64,000 nucleotides of DNA, taken from contig DATNEY010000026.1 in the NCBI GenBank assembly GCA_035606665.1, forward strand, positions 215,575-279,574, given 5' to 3'. Below, piece after piece: positions 17,742 to 26,770 of the stretch. A program made the position numbers and the translations under genes. Each line of letters begins with the position of its first letter. Within the stretch, counting starts at the first letter, position 1. The notes below the pieces were generated by a model. That model saw only the letters and a program-made list of their open reading frames with translations, searched no databases and was not told where the DNA came from. Origin of the DNA: Vicinamibacterales bacterium. Its GTDB lineage: Bacteria > Acidobacteriota > Vicinamibacteria > Vicinamibacterales > SCN-69-37.

Positions 17742-19073
17742 TCATTTCACCAGATTCCGCCGCGGCGGAACGGGTTCGGCGATCCTCGGCAACGTGAGGC
17801 CATCAAAGATCAAGTTGTGAAGTGAATAGGATCTTCTTGTGCCCGTCGTGACAACGCCGACCACGAATTCGGCACTGAGTTGAAACGACTTCGGAGCGGC
17901 ACCGGAATTCGTTTCGCTCGCATCCTGAACGAAGCTCATGGTAACTGCAATGTTCTGCCCAGCGGGGATGGGCGTTGTGGACCCGTACACGAACTGGTAG
18001 GGACCGCAAGTCGCGCCTTCCCGGATGTCCGTCGCAGTTTGTGAACCAGTGCCTTCCCACCTTTGAAGAACCAGCACGATCTCGGCAGGATTGTACTCGG
18101 CGCGACCCGGCGCACAGCTGTCCGCACTTCGTCCCACTCCGACAACACTCACGCCAGTAACCGCAGAAGGTGATAGGCGCCAGACCGTGCCTCGCTCGTC
18201 GATGAGGCTGGTCCGCAGGGACGCACCCATCTCCGTACCTTGTCGCTCTGGTGCAGCATCAGCATTCATCGCCACAACCATGGGCCTCTGAAGATCGCGG
18301 TTCAAGAGCTCGATCGAAAGCCTGAACCCGCTTCTGCTTCGACCGTCCTGTCCCTGGAGGCGCATCGGGACGGCCGATTTGAGAACCACACGAAGAGCCC
18401 CGACGTCCTTCGAAGCAATGGCATTGCCTTCGCGATAACTCGGAGTCCCACCGCCACCGCTTGCGGAGTCACCCGCGGGTGCCGTTGCCGTCGTCGAACC
18501 GGCGAACAGCCCTCGATTGAGCAGTTGCTGGATGTCGCTGGTCGTCGGGAAGGTGATCCTGCCGGCGGTGACGATCCGCGATGACTCCGTAGCAATGGCT
18601 TTGACTGTAAGAGTGATCTTCGCATCAAGGGAAGTTACTGTCCCCATCAGGAAGACATCAACCCCCGCGAACTCGCCCAGTTTCTTGGCGTTCGCTGGAT
18701 TGACCAGGCCTTGCACCGTCAGCTTGTTTTCCGCCAGGATGCGATTGGTGTTGGCGCGGTCCAGCATCGAGATGCCGCCGGCGAGCACCATCTCGACGGT
18801 CAGGAGCTCCGACAGGTGGCGCCCCAGTTCGGTCGGCTGTCCCTGGATGTCCGTGAAATCGACCGCGGCTACGTTCTTGATGCCTTGGCTCGCCAGCGCC
18901 TTGCCCAGGTTGGCCGCGAGCGTGGACAGTTCCTTGTCCAGCGATTGTGCCTGTACCTCCGTCGATTGTGCCCGTACCTCCGTGTTGATCGCGAGGCTGA
19001 GCGCAAGGACAACCATCAGTTTCACTGCCGCCAGGATCTTCAAAGTGAACCTCCAACCTGCGCGATGACGCAC
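17742..19073 (-). CDS. Lipoprotein/secreted protein with FlgO/CsgG/LpoB-like domain (paralog)
   Basis: VAAVDFTDIQGQPTELGRHLSELL...DRANTNRILAENKL...GVDVFLMGTVT. GTG start. 21-bp tandem duplication (TEVRAQS x2) in the signal region. Confidence 0.75.
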   Translation of the reverse strand: MRHRAGWRFTLKILAAVKLMVVLALSLAINTEVRAQSTEVQAQSLDKELSTLAANLGKALASQGIKNVAAVDFTDIQGQPTELGRHLSELLTVEMVLAGGISMLDRANTNRILAENKLTVQGLVNPANAKKLGEFAGVDVFLMGTVTSLDAKITLTVKAIATESSRIVTAGRITFPTTSDIQQLLNRGLFAGSTTATAPAGDSASGGGGTPSYREGNAIASKDVGALRVVLKSAVPMRLQGQDGRSRSGFRLSIELLNRDLQRPMVVAMNADAAPERQGTEMGASLRTSLIDERGTVWRLSPSAVTGVSVVGVGRSADSCAPGRAEYNPAEIVLVLQRWEGTGSQTATDIREGATCGPYQFVYGSTTPIPAGQNIAVTMSFVQDASETNSGAAPKSFQLSAEFVVGVVTTGTRRSYSLHNLIFDGLTLPRIAEPVPPRRNLVK

Positions 19074-19211
19074 GCAATCTACTTCTTCCTATTGGCCTTT
19101 AGTATACTTTGATACCATTTAATTCCGTCAAGTGTGCCGCATCTGCCTAGGGCGGGCCACTCGGTCGGGCTATTATGCGCGCGTCAGGCGGAGCCCTGAG
19201 GGAGGTTAGGC

Positions 19212-19424
19212 ATGTCGAAGCGACTGCCGTTCATGAGACTCGCAATGGCCTTGACCGTCGTTGGCGTGGCTGGGCGTTCGCCTCGCCAGAGGACCACCGC
19301 CTTCCGGATCCGCCGGGCCGCCCTTTCGCGCTCTTTCTACTTTGCCGGCCACGGCGTGCAAGTCAGTGGCGAGAACTTCCTGATCGCCTTGGACTTCTGC
19401 GGCCTCTCGGCGGCGGAAAGCTAG
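19212..19424 (+). CDS. Possible small protein (70 aa) immediately upstream of the kinase gene
   Basis: Strong SD (GAGGGAGG) 7 nt before the ATG, very high GC3, and it ends 1 nt before the kinase start. No homology recognised. Confidence 0.35.
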   Translation: MSKRLPFMRLAMALTVVGVAGRSPRQRTTAFRIRRAALSRSFYFAGHGVQVSGENFLIALDFCGLSAAES

Positions 19425-20909
19425 GTGCCGATGTTCTGCGGGTCCTGCGGTACCGCCAATCCCGACACGAACAGATTCTGTCGGAGCTGCGGCCGTTCCC
19501 TCGCCGCTGATTTCGCCGCAGCCCCGGCCGACGCGCTCGACGCTCGCGCGACCGTCATGGGCCTGCGCGCGGGCCAGATACTGAGCGATCGCCACGTGCT
19601 GGAGCGACTGCTCGGCCGAGGCGGAATGGGCGAGGTGTGGCTCGCGCGTGACCGGACGTTGGACCTGCCGGTCGCGATCAAAGTCGTGAGCGAACTGCTC
19701 GCGCGCGATGCGCAGGCGATGGCGCGGCTGCGCGTCGAGGCGCGGACAACCATTCCCCTCCACCACCCCCGCATTGTCCGGGTCAATCACTTTGAAAACC
19801 AGGGGCCGGTGACGTTCCTGGTGATGGAGTACATCGAGGGCGAGACGCTCGCCCAACGGCTGGCGCGAGAAAGGCAACTGCCCGAAGTTGACGCCCGTCG
19901 GATCGGACTGGCGGTGACCGAAGCGTTGGCTTACGCGCACGAACACCGTGTGTTGCATCGGGACATCAAGCCGGCGAACGTACTGCTCGGCGTAGATGGA
20001 GCGGTCAAGCTCGCGGACTTCGGGATTGCTCGTGCTGCTACGGATTCGCTGTCGCGACTGACGGGGTTGCAGACGTCGGGGACACTGCTCTATATGGCGC
20101 CGGAGGTCGTCGAAGGCGAACCGCCCCTGCCCGCGGCGGACTGGTATTCACTGGGGGCGACATTGTATGAACTCGTGACTGGTATGCCGCCGTTCCATTC
20201 CGGCGACCTGACCTATCAGATCCTGCACAAGACACCGACGCCGCTCGAGGGCGTTAGCGCCGTTTTTGGGGCACTGGTGGCGACGCTGCTGGCGAAGAAC
20301 CCGGCCGCGCGGCCGGCGGCGACCGAGATCCGCGAGACGCTCAGTGGGACGTTCGGGCGCCGGCAGAATCGAGAAGCCCAGGATTCGCAATCGGGGCGCG
20401 GCCCTGATGTTGTCATCGAGCATCCCATTGACCTCACGCTCGAAGATGCATTCACAGGAACAATCCGTCGCGTCCTGATTCCGCATGAGGGTCGCCAGGA
20501 CCGCACCGTTGATACGGCGGGGCCCACGAGCCTGAAGGTGCCCGAATCCACGCGATCGGGAGGTCTTCCGGCTAAGAGTCTTGGCATGCCGACCACGAGT
20601 AGGCCGGATGAGCGTGGCGATCTTCACGTGACCACGGATGTCGCAGTTCCATCGCTGTCGGACGGCGAATCGCGGCGCGCCCGGCGTATTCGCCGCGCCC
20701 TAATCGCAGCGCTGGCGCTCGCTATCGCAGGCGGCTCCCTCTACTGGTTCTACGGACGTCAACTGTTGGCGAGCGAACTGGAGTACACGCTGCCCCAGCG
20801 CGCCCAACAGCGGATGCCGCAGGTCGCGCCGGCGATCGGGATGCCGACGGATGCCGAACTTGAGGCCTATTTTAGGGAAATGCTGGGGATGGAAGTGGGA
20901 CGGAATTAG
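19425..20909 (+). CDS. Ser/Thr protein kinase with N-terminal zinc ribbon, DnaJ-C-terminal-like domain and C-terminal TM
   Basis: CGSCG...CRSCG. Kinase motifs GRGGMGEVW, AIK, HRDIKPANVLL, DFGIAR. The segment IEHPIDLTLEDAFTGTIRRV...GDLHVTTDVAVP resembles the DnaJ CTD. Confidence 0.9.
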   Translation: MPMFCGSCGTANPDTNRFCRSCGRSLAADFAAAPADALDARATVMGLRAGQILSDRHVLERLLGRGGMGEVWLARDRTLDLPVAIKVVSELLARDAQAMARLRVEARTTIPLHHPRIVRVNHFENQGPVTFLVMEYIEGETLAQRLARERQLPEVDARRIGLAVTEALAYAHEHRVLHRDIKPANVLLGVDGAVKLADFGIARAATDSLSRLTGLQTSGTLLYMAPEVVEGEPPLPAADWYSLGATLYELVTGMPPFHSGDLTYQILHKTPTPLEGVSAVFGALVATLLAKNPAARPAATEIRETLSGTFGRRQNREAQDSQSGRGPDVVIEHPIDLTLEDAFTGTIRRVLIPHEGRQDRTVDTAGPTSLKVPESTRSGGLPAKSLGMPTTSRPDERGDLHVTTDVAVPSLSDGESRRARRIRRALIAALALAIAGGSLYWFYGRQLLASELEYTLPQRAQQRMPQVAPAIGMPTDAELEAYFREMLGMEVGRN

Positions 20910-21033
20910 GTGTCGTCAGAGGGCAATAGTGTTCAGGCCTCACGATACCGGCGCGCCAATTGAATCCGCTCCCTCGGACTTGGCCCCGCCCCGGCCGTCG
21001 AACCGTTAGCGAATCGGCTCAGAATGTAAATAC

Positions 21034-21061
21034 TTGACAGGGTAATAGAGTCCAATAGAAT
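21034..21061 (+). promoter_or_regulatory. Sigma70-like promoter TTGACA-N16-TAGAAT with CAGGGTAAT abutting the -35
   Basis: Exact hexamers. Duplicate of the 16568 promoter architecture. Confidence 0.55.
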
Positions 21062-21084
21062 ACCCACAGATAAGGGCTTACCAG

Positions 21085-22224
21085 GTGCACTTCTTTCTCG
21101 ATCAATACATGCGCAACCGCGACCAGGGCGTTGACTACCTGAAGGTTGGTGACGGCACCCAGGCCCGGTACCACCTCCTCCAAGCGGCCCGATTCCTCCT
21201 CGAATCGGCCAAGCGATCGGAGCCCGCGCTGGCGAGGGTCCGGCGAGATAAGGCCGTTGAACTGCGAGAACTCGCGCTGAGTGTCCCTGAGAAGCCTCAT
21301 ACGCAACCCGCGCCCGTCCGTCAGCCCGGCGCGCTTGCCGACCCGCCGGCCCCTGGGGCCAAAGCCAACGAGGAAGGACTGACCGACGAGGCCAAATGGC
21401 TTCTATCGGAGAAGCCCAATATCCGTTTCTCGCAGATCGCTGGACTCGATGACGTGAAGCAGGCAATCGACCTGCGCCTGGTCTACCCATTCCGCCATCC
21501 GGAAGTCGCCGAGCGTTTCAAGAAGCGGGCGGGCGGCGGGTTGCTCCTGTATGGCCCGCCCGGCACGGGCAAGACAATGATCGGCAAGGCCGTGGCCGCT
21601 GAATTGGACGCGCAGTTCCTGAGCGTGAAGTGCTCGAGCATCATGTCGCAGTGGGTGGGCGTCGCCGAACGCAACATCGCGAAGCTGTTCGACGTCGCCC
21701 GGCGCTACCCCCTGTCAGTCGTGTTCCTCGATGAAACCGAAGCGCTCGTGGGCAAGCGCGGCGGCCATTCGACTGTGATGAACCGCGTCATTCCGGAGTT
21801 TCTTTCCCAGATCGATGGTGTGGATGCGGCGAAGAACGCCATCCTGCTCCTCGGCGCCACGAACCGCCCCTGGGACATGGATGAAGCCGCGTTGCGCACA
21901 GGCCGATTCGGGGAGAAATTCTACGTCGATCTGCCGAACGCTGCGGCGCGCGAGCAGATCCTGCACTTCAATCTCGATGAGATCCCGATGGGCGGTGGCA
22001 TCGATTTCAAAATGCTCGCCGCCGCCACGGACGGCTTCAGCGGTGCGGACATCGTCGGCGTTTGCCGCACGGCGACGGATTATCCCTTCCAGAGGCAGAT
22101 TCGATCCGGTGCCGAAACGGTGCTGCTGCAGGAAGATCTAGACCGCGCACGCAAAGCAACCAAGCCCTCGGTCACACCGGCGATGATTGCCCGATACCGG
22201 CGCTTTGCGGAGACGTCATCGTGA
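21085..22224 (+). CDS. Vps4-like AAA+ ATPase with N-terminal MIT-like domain
   Basis: N-terminal three-helix MIT-like region (GVDYLKVGDGTQARYHLLQAARFLLESAK). Walker A GPPGTGKT, Walker B VVFLDETEAL, meiotic-clade-like AAA. The start may be the ATG at 21109. Confidence 0.85.
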   Translation: MHFFLDQYMRNRDQGVDYLKVGDGTQARYHLLQAARFLLESAKRSEPALARVRRDKAVELRELALSVPEKPHTQPAPVRQPGALADPPAPGAKANEEGLTDEAKWLLSEKPNIRFSQIAGLDDVKQAIDLRLVYPFRHPEVAERFKKRAGGGLLLYGPPGTGKTMIGKAVAAELDAQFLSVKCSSIMSQWVGVAERNIAKLFDVARRYPLSVVFLDETEALVGKRGGHSTVMNRVIPEFLSQIDGVDAAKNAILLLGATNRPWDMDEAALRTGRFGEKFYVDLPNAAAREQILHFNLDEIPMGGGIDFKMLAAATDGFSGADIVGVCRTATDYPFQRQIRSGAETVLLQEDLDRARKATKPSVTPAMIARYRRFAETSS

Positions 22225-22811
22225 CCGCTTTGCGCGATCGACATCTGACCGCCGTGGCGGGCCGCCTCGCACACCTGCTTTGTGGCGCCGATGATCCGGC
22301 CGTGTTCATCGGCGTCCCCGGCGCGCTGGCCGGCGAAATCGGCCGACTGTTCGACCTGCGGCTGTTGCGGCGGGCGGAGGGCGACGGGCCGAAGTTGTCT
22401 TATCGCGATGTGGTGGCGACGTGCGCGATGCCAGCCCGACCTGTTGCGATCGAACGATTGGACGACGCGCCGCTGATCCTCCTTGACGGTTTGAGCGGGC
22501 CAGCGACGCTCGCCACCGCGCCGAGACTCGCTCTGCCGGACACGACGATCACCATCGACGTCGAGGCTCTCCTGCGCCAGCCGGTGCTGCGGTTCTACGT
22601 TCGCACAGACGCGCCGCAGCAGTTCAGCGACGCGATTCGCGCGGAACTGCCGCCGTCTGAGGTCGAGTCGATTCGGCCGATGGCCATCGGCGGAGGTCTG
22701 GCGCTGGTGGCGTCCTTTAACGCCGCCCGCCGGGCCCTGGCGCGGCCGGAAGTTCAGGCGTGGCAGGTGCCGGGCGAGATCGCGCTCAGCACGCCAGCGG
22801 AGTCCCGATGA
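22221..22811 (+). CDS. Hypothetical protein, translationally coupled (GTGA overlap)
   Basis: GTG start overlapping the stop of the Vps4-like gene. High GC3. Confidence 0.55.
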   Translation: MTALRDRHLTAVAGRLAHLLCGADDPAVFIGVPGALAGEIGRLFDLRLLRRAEGDGPKLSYRDVVATCAMPARPVAIERLDDAPLILLDGLSGPATLATAPRLALPDTTITIDVEALLRQPVLRFYVRTDAPQQFSDAIRAELPPSEVESIRPMAIGGGLALVASFNAARRALARPEVQAWQVPGEIALSTPAESR

Positions 22812-25486
22812 AGGCGAGCGCGAAGCTCCATCCGTTTCTCCTGACGTCACTGCCAGAACGCCGAACGGCGCTGCTGCGGCAGTACGCCGAGCGCCTGGTG
22901 ACGTTCGAGTTGACGAACGAACGCGTCGAGGAACACCACTATGACGAGGCGCAGCGGCTCCGGCTGCACCGCGTCATCGAGCGTCAGGTCCAGCGCGGTT
23001 CGCTGCGCGAGAGGTACGCCGCCGTGCTCGGTGCCGTCGCCGATGGCGCCACGGACCGAGCGGCCGCGACGATCCGCCTCAGCCAACTTCTGGACGAGGA
23101 CGCTTCGGGGATCGCCGCGCGAGACACCGTCTCGCTCGATGACCTGGTCCGAGACTACGCCGCGGTTCTTCCTAAGGACAACTGGCCCAATCTCCTCTGC
23201 ATGGCGTCGTCACGCGGCGATATCGAGGTGCTCGAGTCGGAACTGAAGAGCCGTGGGCTCGACGTGCGCCGGTCGCGCTTAACGGGCTTCGGCATTCTGC
23301 ATGTGGCATGTCCGCCCGAAGTCGCGGCGGCCACGCGCATCGCCGAAATGGGCCGGGTCGCCTGCCTGGCGGACGGCGCGTCGCCAGTCCTGTCCCCGGA
23401 ACCGGTGCCGACTGTTTCCGAAATGGTGGAAATGCGCGCCGCAATTGGCCTGACGCGCGAAATGCAGGATGCCGATCAGGGTCTGGCCACCATTGCTGTG
23501 CTCGACACCGGCCTCGACGTCAGCCATCCGGCGTTCGCTCGACTGGCGCGCTCCGACTACCGCAATTTCACCTCGTGGCCCCCGGCCGACGAGGAAGGGC
23601 ACGGTACGCACGTGGCCTCCATCGCCGCTGGCGACGGTGCGTTCGCCGGCCATGAGTACAGCGGCGTCGCGCCGAAGTGCCGGCTCATCGCCGGCAAAGT
23701 CGTGCATGGCCACGGCGTCGGCTCGCTCGAACAGATTCTGGACGGCATGGCGTGGGCCGTGTTCGATGAGCGGGCGGACGTGCTGTCGCTGTCTATCGCC
23801 GAGGAGCGCACTCCTGCCAACGGTCAGTCGATCTGGAGCCGTGCCTGTGACGAAGCGTTTCACCAGGGCACGATCGTGTGCGTGGCGGCGGGCAATCTGC
23901 GGCAGACGCCCGCGTACCCCGGCACTGTGGTGGTGCCGGGCGACGCTGCCACGGCCGTGACGGTCGGTGCCGTTGACAAGGCCGGCCGGCTGGCCCCGTT
24001 CTCGGCGCAGGGAAGCGACGACCCGCACTCGCCTTTGTACCGGCGGCCAACTTGCGTCGCGCCCGGCGTGAACATAACGGCGGCGCGCTCCACGGCGAGC
24101 CAGGAAGGCGCCGGCCTCCTCGTGAGCTACTCGGGCACGAGCATGGCGGCACCGGCCGTTGCAGGTTGTCTCGCTTTGCTCAAGTCGCGCGCGCGATTTC
24201 TTGGCTGGGAGATTCCTCCCGCGGAATTGCTCGACATCTTCTATTCAACGTGCCGGCCGCTCGACTCTGAGAGTGGTGAACCCTACAGCCCCAACTTTGA
24301 GGTTGGACGCGGGCTGGTTGACATGACGCCCGCGATGGAAAAATTGGAGCAGTACGCGGCGGCAGCGGTGGGAATGGGCAGGCCACCCGTGACATCGACC
24401 AGAGACAGAATTGAAATCGAGGGTGGGCAAACGCCGCCGACCGCAGTTCCGACGGCTTCCACGACTGGGCAAGTGGCACCACGCCACCAGGATGTTGTGC
24501 GCGAAGCCTACGCGCAAAACACCTGCTACGCTTGCGGCCGCCGCTACCTGACCGAGGTCGGGACCTTCTCGGAGGCTTGGAAGTGCCGGACGTGCGGGGC
24601 GCCGATCTGCGGCGTGTGTTGGGCGATTGGGCGGCGGGCCTGCGAGCCGCATGAGGCGCCAGGCGTTGCGCCGGGGCCACCGCCGCTGGCGGCGGTTGTC
24701 CCGCCCGGCATCGCCCAGCCGGCGCGAGCGTTATCAGGAGACCGACCGATGTCCAAGGAACTGTCGAATCCATGTGCGATTGCCGACGACGCCGTGATAG
24801 CGGGGCAGCGATTCTTCGATCGCTTTGATCAGCGGGCCGCGCGCGTGGAGGAACTGGTGAATCCAGTGACGGCGAAGGCCGTCCGGAAATCCGATCCTTT
24901 CCATCAGACGCCGCTACGAAAATTCGGGGCTGTTAGCCGCTACAACTTCACTGGAGGCATCAGAGTCTCGCGCCTCGATCTGACGCATTCCAGTCTGTCG
25001 CTGATCGCGGTGCGGGTCGGCGAAGGCGGATTGCAGGCGAAAGACGGTCGGTGCGAGCCGAGCACGGAGTTGCTGCGTAGCTTGCCCCAGGAACTGGACT
25101 TCAAGGATGGCGGCTACTACGTGGTGGGTGTGTTCAGCCCGGTCGGATGGCCAGCGACGTGGACCAATTTCGACCACGTCAGCGCGAACTTCGAGGTGCA
25201 CCTGGTTGAATGCCGCGACGGACGGTGGCAGGTGCATGGATCGGACACGGAGTTTCGCACCCTGTTTGATCCGCGGTCTGACAAGGAACTTCTGGCCGGG
25301 TTGATGTCGGCGCTGCAGGGCGAGGCGCGTCTCGTGATCCCCGGCGATCAGGTGAGCCTGGACGAGTTCTCTGCGGCGCACGGGATCGCGCCCGAGTTGG
25401 TCTCGAAGACACTGGCGGTCCAGGATCTCGGCTACCAGGTAATTTCACAAAAGGGGCGCTCGGTGATCCAGCGCCGCCATCGCTGA
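22808..25486 (+). CDS. Cytoplasmic subtilisin-like serine peptidase (S8) with N-terminal helical domain, internal zinc ribbon and C-terminal unknown domain
   Basis: Catalytic triad contexts IAVLDTGLD (Asp), HGTHVASIAAG (His), GTSMAAPAVAG (Ser). No signal peptide. CYACG...CRTCG. ATGA overlap with the upstream gene. Confidence 0.85.
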   Translation: MKASAKLHPFLLTSLPERRTALLRQYAERLVTFELTNERVEEHHYDEAQRLRLHRVIERQVQRGSLRERYAAVLGAVADGATDRAAATIRLSQLLDEDASGIAARDTVSLDDLVRDYAAVLPKDNWPNLLCMASSRGDIEVLESELKSRGLDVRRSRLTGFGILHVACPPEVAAATRIAEMGRVACLADGASPVLSPEPVPTVSEMVEMRAAIGLTREMQDADQGLATIAVLDTGLDVSHPAFARLARSDYRNFTSWPPADEEGHGTHVASIAAGDGAFAGHEYSGVAPKCRLIAGKVVHGHGVGSLEQILDGMAWAVFDERADVLSLSIAEERTPANGQSIWSRACDEAFHQGTIVCVAAGNLRQTPAYPGTVVVPGDAATAVTVGAVDKAGRLAPFSAQGSDDPHSPLYRRPTCVAPGVNITAARSTASQEGAGLLVSYSGTSMAAPAVAGCLALLKSRARFLGWEIPPAELLDIFYSTCRPLDSESGEPYSPNFEVGRGLVDMTPAMEKLEQYAAAAVGMGRPPVTSTRDRIEIEGGQTPPTAVPTASTTGQVAPRHQDVVREAYAQNTCYACGRRYLTEVGTFSEAWKCRTCGAPICGVCWAIGRRACEPHEAPGVAPGPPPLAAVVPPGIAQPARALSGDRPMSKELSNPCAIADDAVIAGQRFFDRFDQRAARVEELVNPVTAKAVRKSDPFHQTPLRKFGAVSRYNFTGGIRVSRLDLTHSSLSLIAVRVGEGGLQAKDGRCEPSTELLRSLPQELDFKDGGYYVVGVFSPVGWPATWTNFDHVSANFEVHLVECRDGRWQVHGSDTEFRTLFDPRSDKELLAGLMSALQGEARLVIPGDQVSLDEFSAAHGIAPELVSKTLAVQDLGYQVISQKGRSVIQRRHR

Positions 25487-25495
25487 GGGGATGCC

Positions 25496-26116
25496 ATGAA
25501 GCTGCTCGATCGGCTCAAAAAGATCTTTCAGCGCGCGTCGGTTCCCGAGGACGCGCGGCGCGTCTACGCCGAGTCTCGGTCAACGGAGGAGCTGGTCGCC
25601 GGGCTCGAGCGCCTATTCGGCACCAACCGCATGGAATACGACCGGCTGTATACCGAATTGGCCGCCGTGTCGAAGGCCATCGCCGCGCAGAAGGACAAAG
25701 TCAGGTCGGGCGGCTTGAGCGCGATCGAGGAAGACGTGACTCTGGATGACATTGAGATTCGACAGGAACACCAGGCAAGGCTGAGAGGCCGCTTGTCCGT
25801 GCTGAAGGGCAACCTGCTCCTGCACCAGCGCCTGATCGGCACCGTCCAGGACGCCCAGGTCCGTGAAATGCGCGGCATCAGCGAGGAAGACGTTGATGCC
25901 ATTGTCGAAGCCGCGCAGGATGCAGTTGCGTCATACGAGCGCGACATGAAAGCGGGCGAGGCGGCCGAGGCGTCGCCGGTCGAGGATGAGGCAGCCGAAG
26001 CGGCGCGGCGCGTCGAACGACGCCGGAAGCTCCTCGGCGAGGATCCCGTTGCCGCCGCGGAGCCTGCCGCTGTGCCGCGGCAGACGAAGGCTGACCGATC
26101 TCAGGAACCCGAATAG
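25496..26116 (+). CDS. Coiled-coil protein, possibly a divergent ESCRT-III-like subunit
   Basis: Helical, charged, ~200 aa, acidic C-terminal half. Sits between the subtilase and a Snf7-like gene. Assignment tentative. Confidence 0.45.
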   Translation: MKLLDRLKKIFQRASVPEDARRVYAESRSTEELVAGLERLFGTNRMEYDRLYTELAAVSKAIAAQKDKVRSGGLSAIEEDVTLDDIEIRQEHQARLRGRLSVLKGNLLLHQRLIGTVQDAQVREMRGISEEDVDAIVEAAQDAVASYERDMKAGEAAEASPVEDEAAEAARRVERRRKLLGEDPVAAAEPAAVPRQTKADRSQEPE

Positions 26117-26149
26117 ATCTCATTGATGAGGGAGATGACGCTGATGGTC

Positions 26150-26770
26150 ATGGACATCTGGAACAAGCTGTTTAAGAAGACGCCGAACGTGTCGGACTTG
26201 CGCGTGCAGTTCAAGGAAATCGAGCGCGAGCAGAAGAAGAAGCGCCGCGATCTAGAAATGGCTGAGGTGGCCAAGACTGCGAAACTCCGCGAGGCCGTGA
26301 AAGCCAAGAAGGACGGCAAGAGCGAGCTGCAGCGCGATATCTTCCGCGAATTGCGGCAGATGGAAATCAACCGCGGCCACATGGACACCGAATTGCGCCA
26401 ATTGTCGCTGTCGAAGACGGCGCTGACGCGGTTCATACGCCAGATCGAACGGCTCGAGAAGCGCAAGGATCGAAAGAGCCTGCAGAGCATCATCCTCCGA
26501 TTCAAGGAGAGCGACCTGCAAGCCATCATCAGCAAGGCTGAAGTGGACGACGACACGTTCAACGACGTGCTCGAAGAGATCCTCGGCGACGAAGAACTCG
26601 AGGTGACGGGCGGCAAGCTGAAGGAGGACTCGGGGTTCGCTGAGTTCGATCGCGCGCTCGAGCAGATGGTGAGGGCCGAGGAGTCGGGGTCCGAGGATGA
26701 CGTAGCCAAGATCCAGGCCGAGATCGACCGCGCGGTTCGCGCCGACCGCGACACGGACTCCGAGCGGTGA
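26150..26770 (+). CDS. Snf7/ESCRT-III-like coiled-coil protein
   Basis: MDIWNKLFKK N-terminus, basic helical hairpin (KEIEREQKKKRRDLEMAEVAKTAKLREAVKAKKDGK...), acidic C-terminal half (DDDTFNDVLEEILGDEELE). Pattern as in Snf7/CHMP4. Confidence 0.6.
   Translation: MDIWNKLFKKTPNVSDLRVQFKEIEREQKKKRRDLEMAEVAKTAKLREAVKAKKDGKSELQRDIFRELRQMEINRGHMDTELRQLSLSKTALTRFIRQIERLEKRKDRKSLQSIILRFKESDLQAIISKAEVDDDTFNDVLEEILGDEELEVTGGKLKEDSGFAEFDRALEQMVRAEESGSEDDVAKIQAEIDRAVRADRDTDSER

Noticed and set aside
19206-19958. 250-aa minus-strand ORF
   Set aside because: Antisense to the kinase N-terminus, Arg/Ala/Pro-rich, and no motif.
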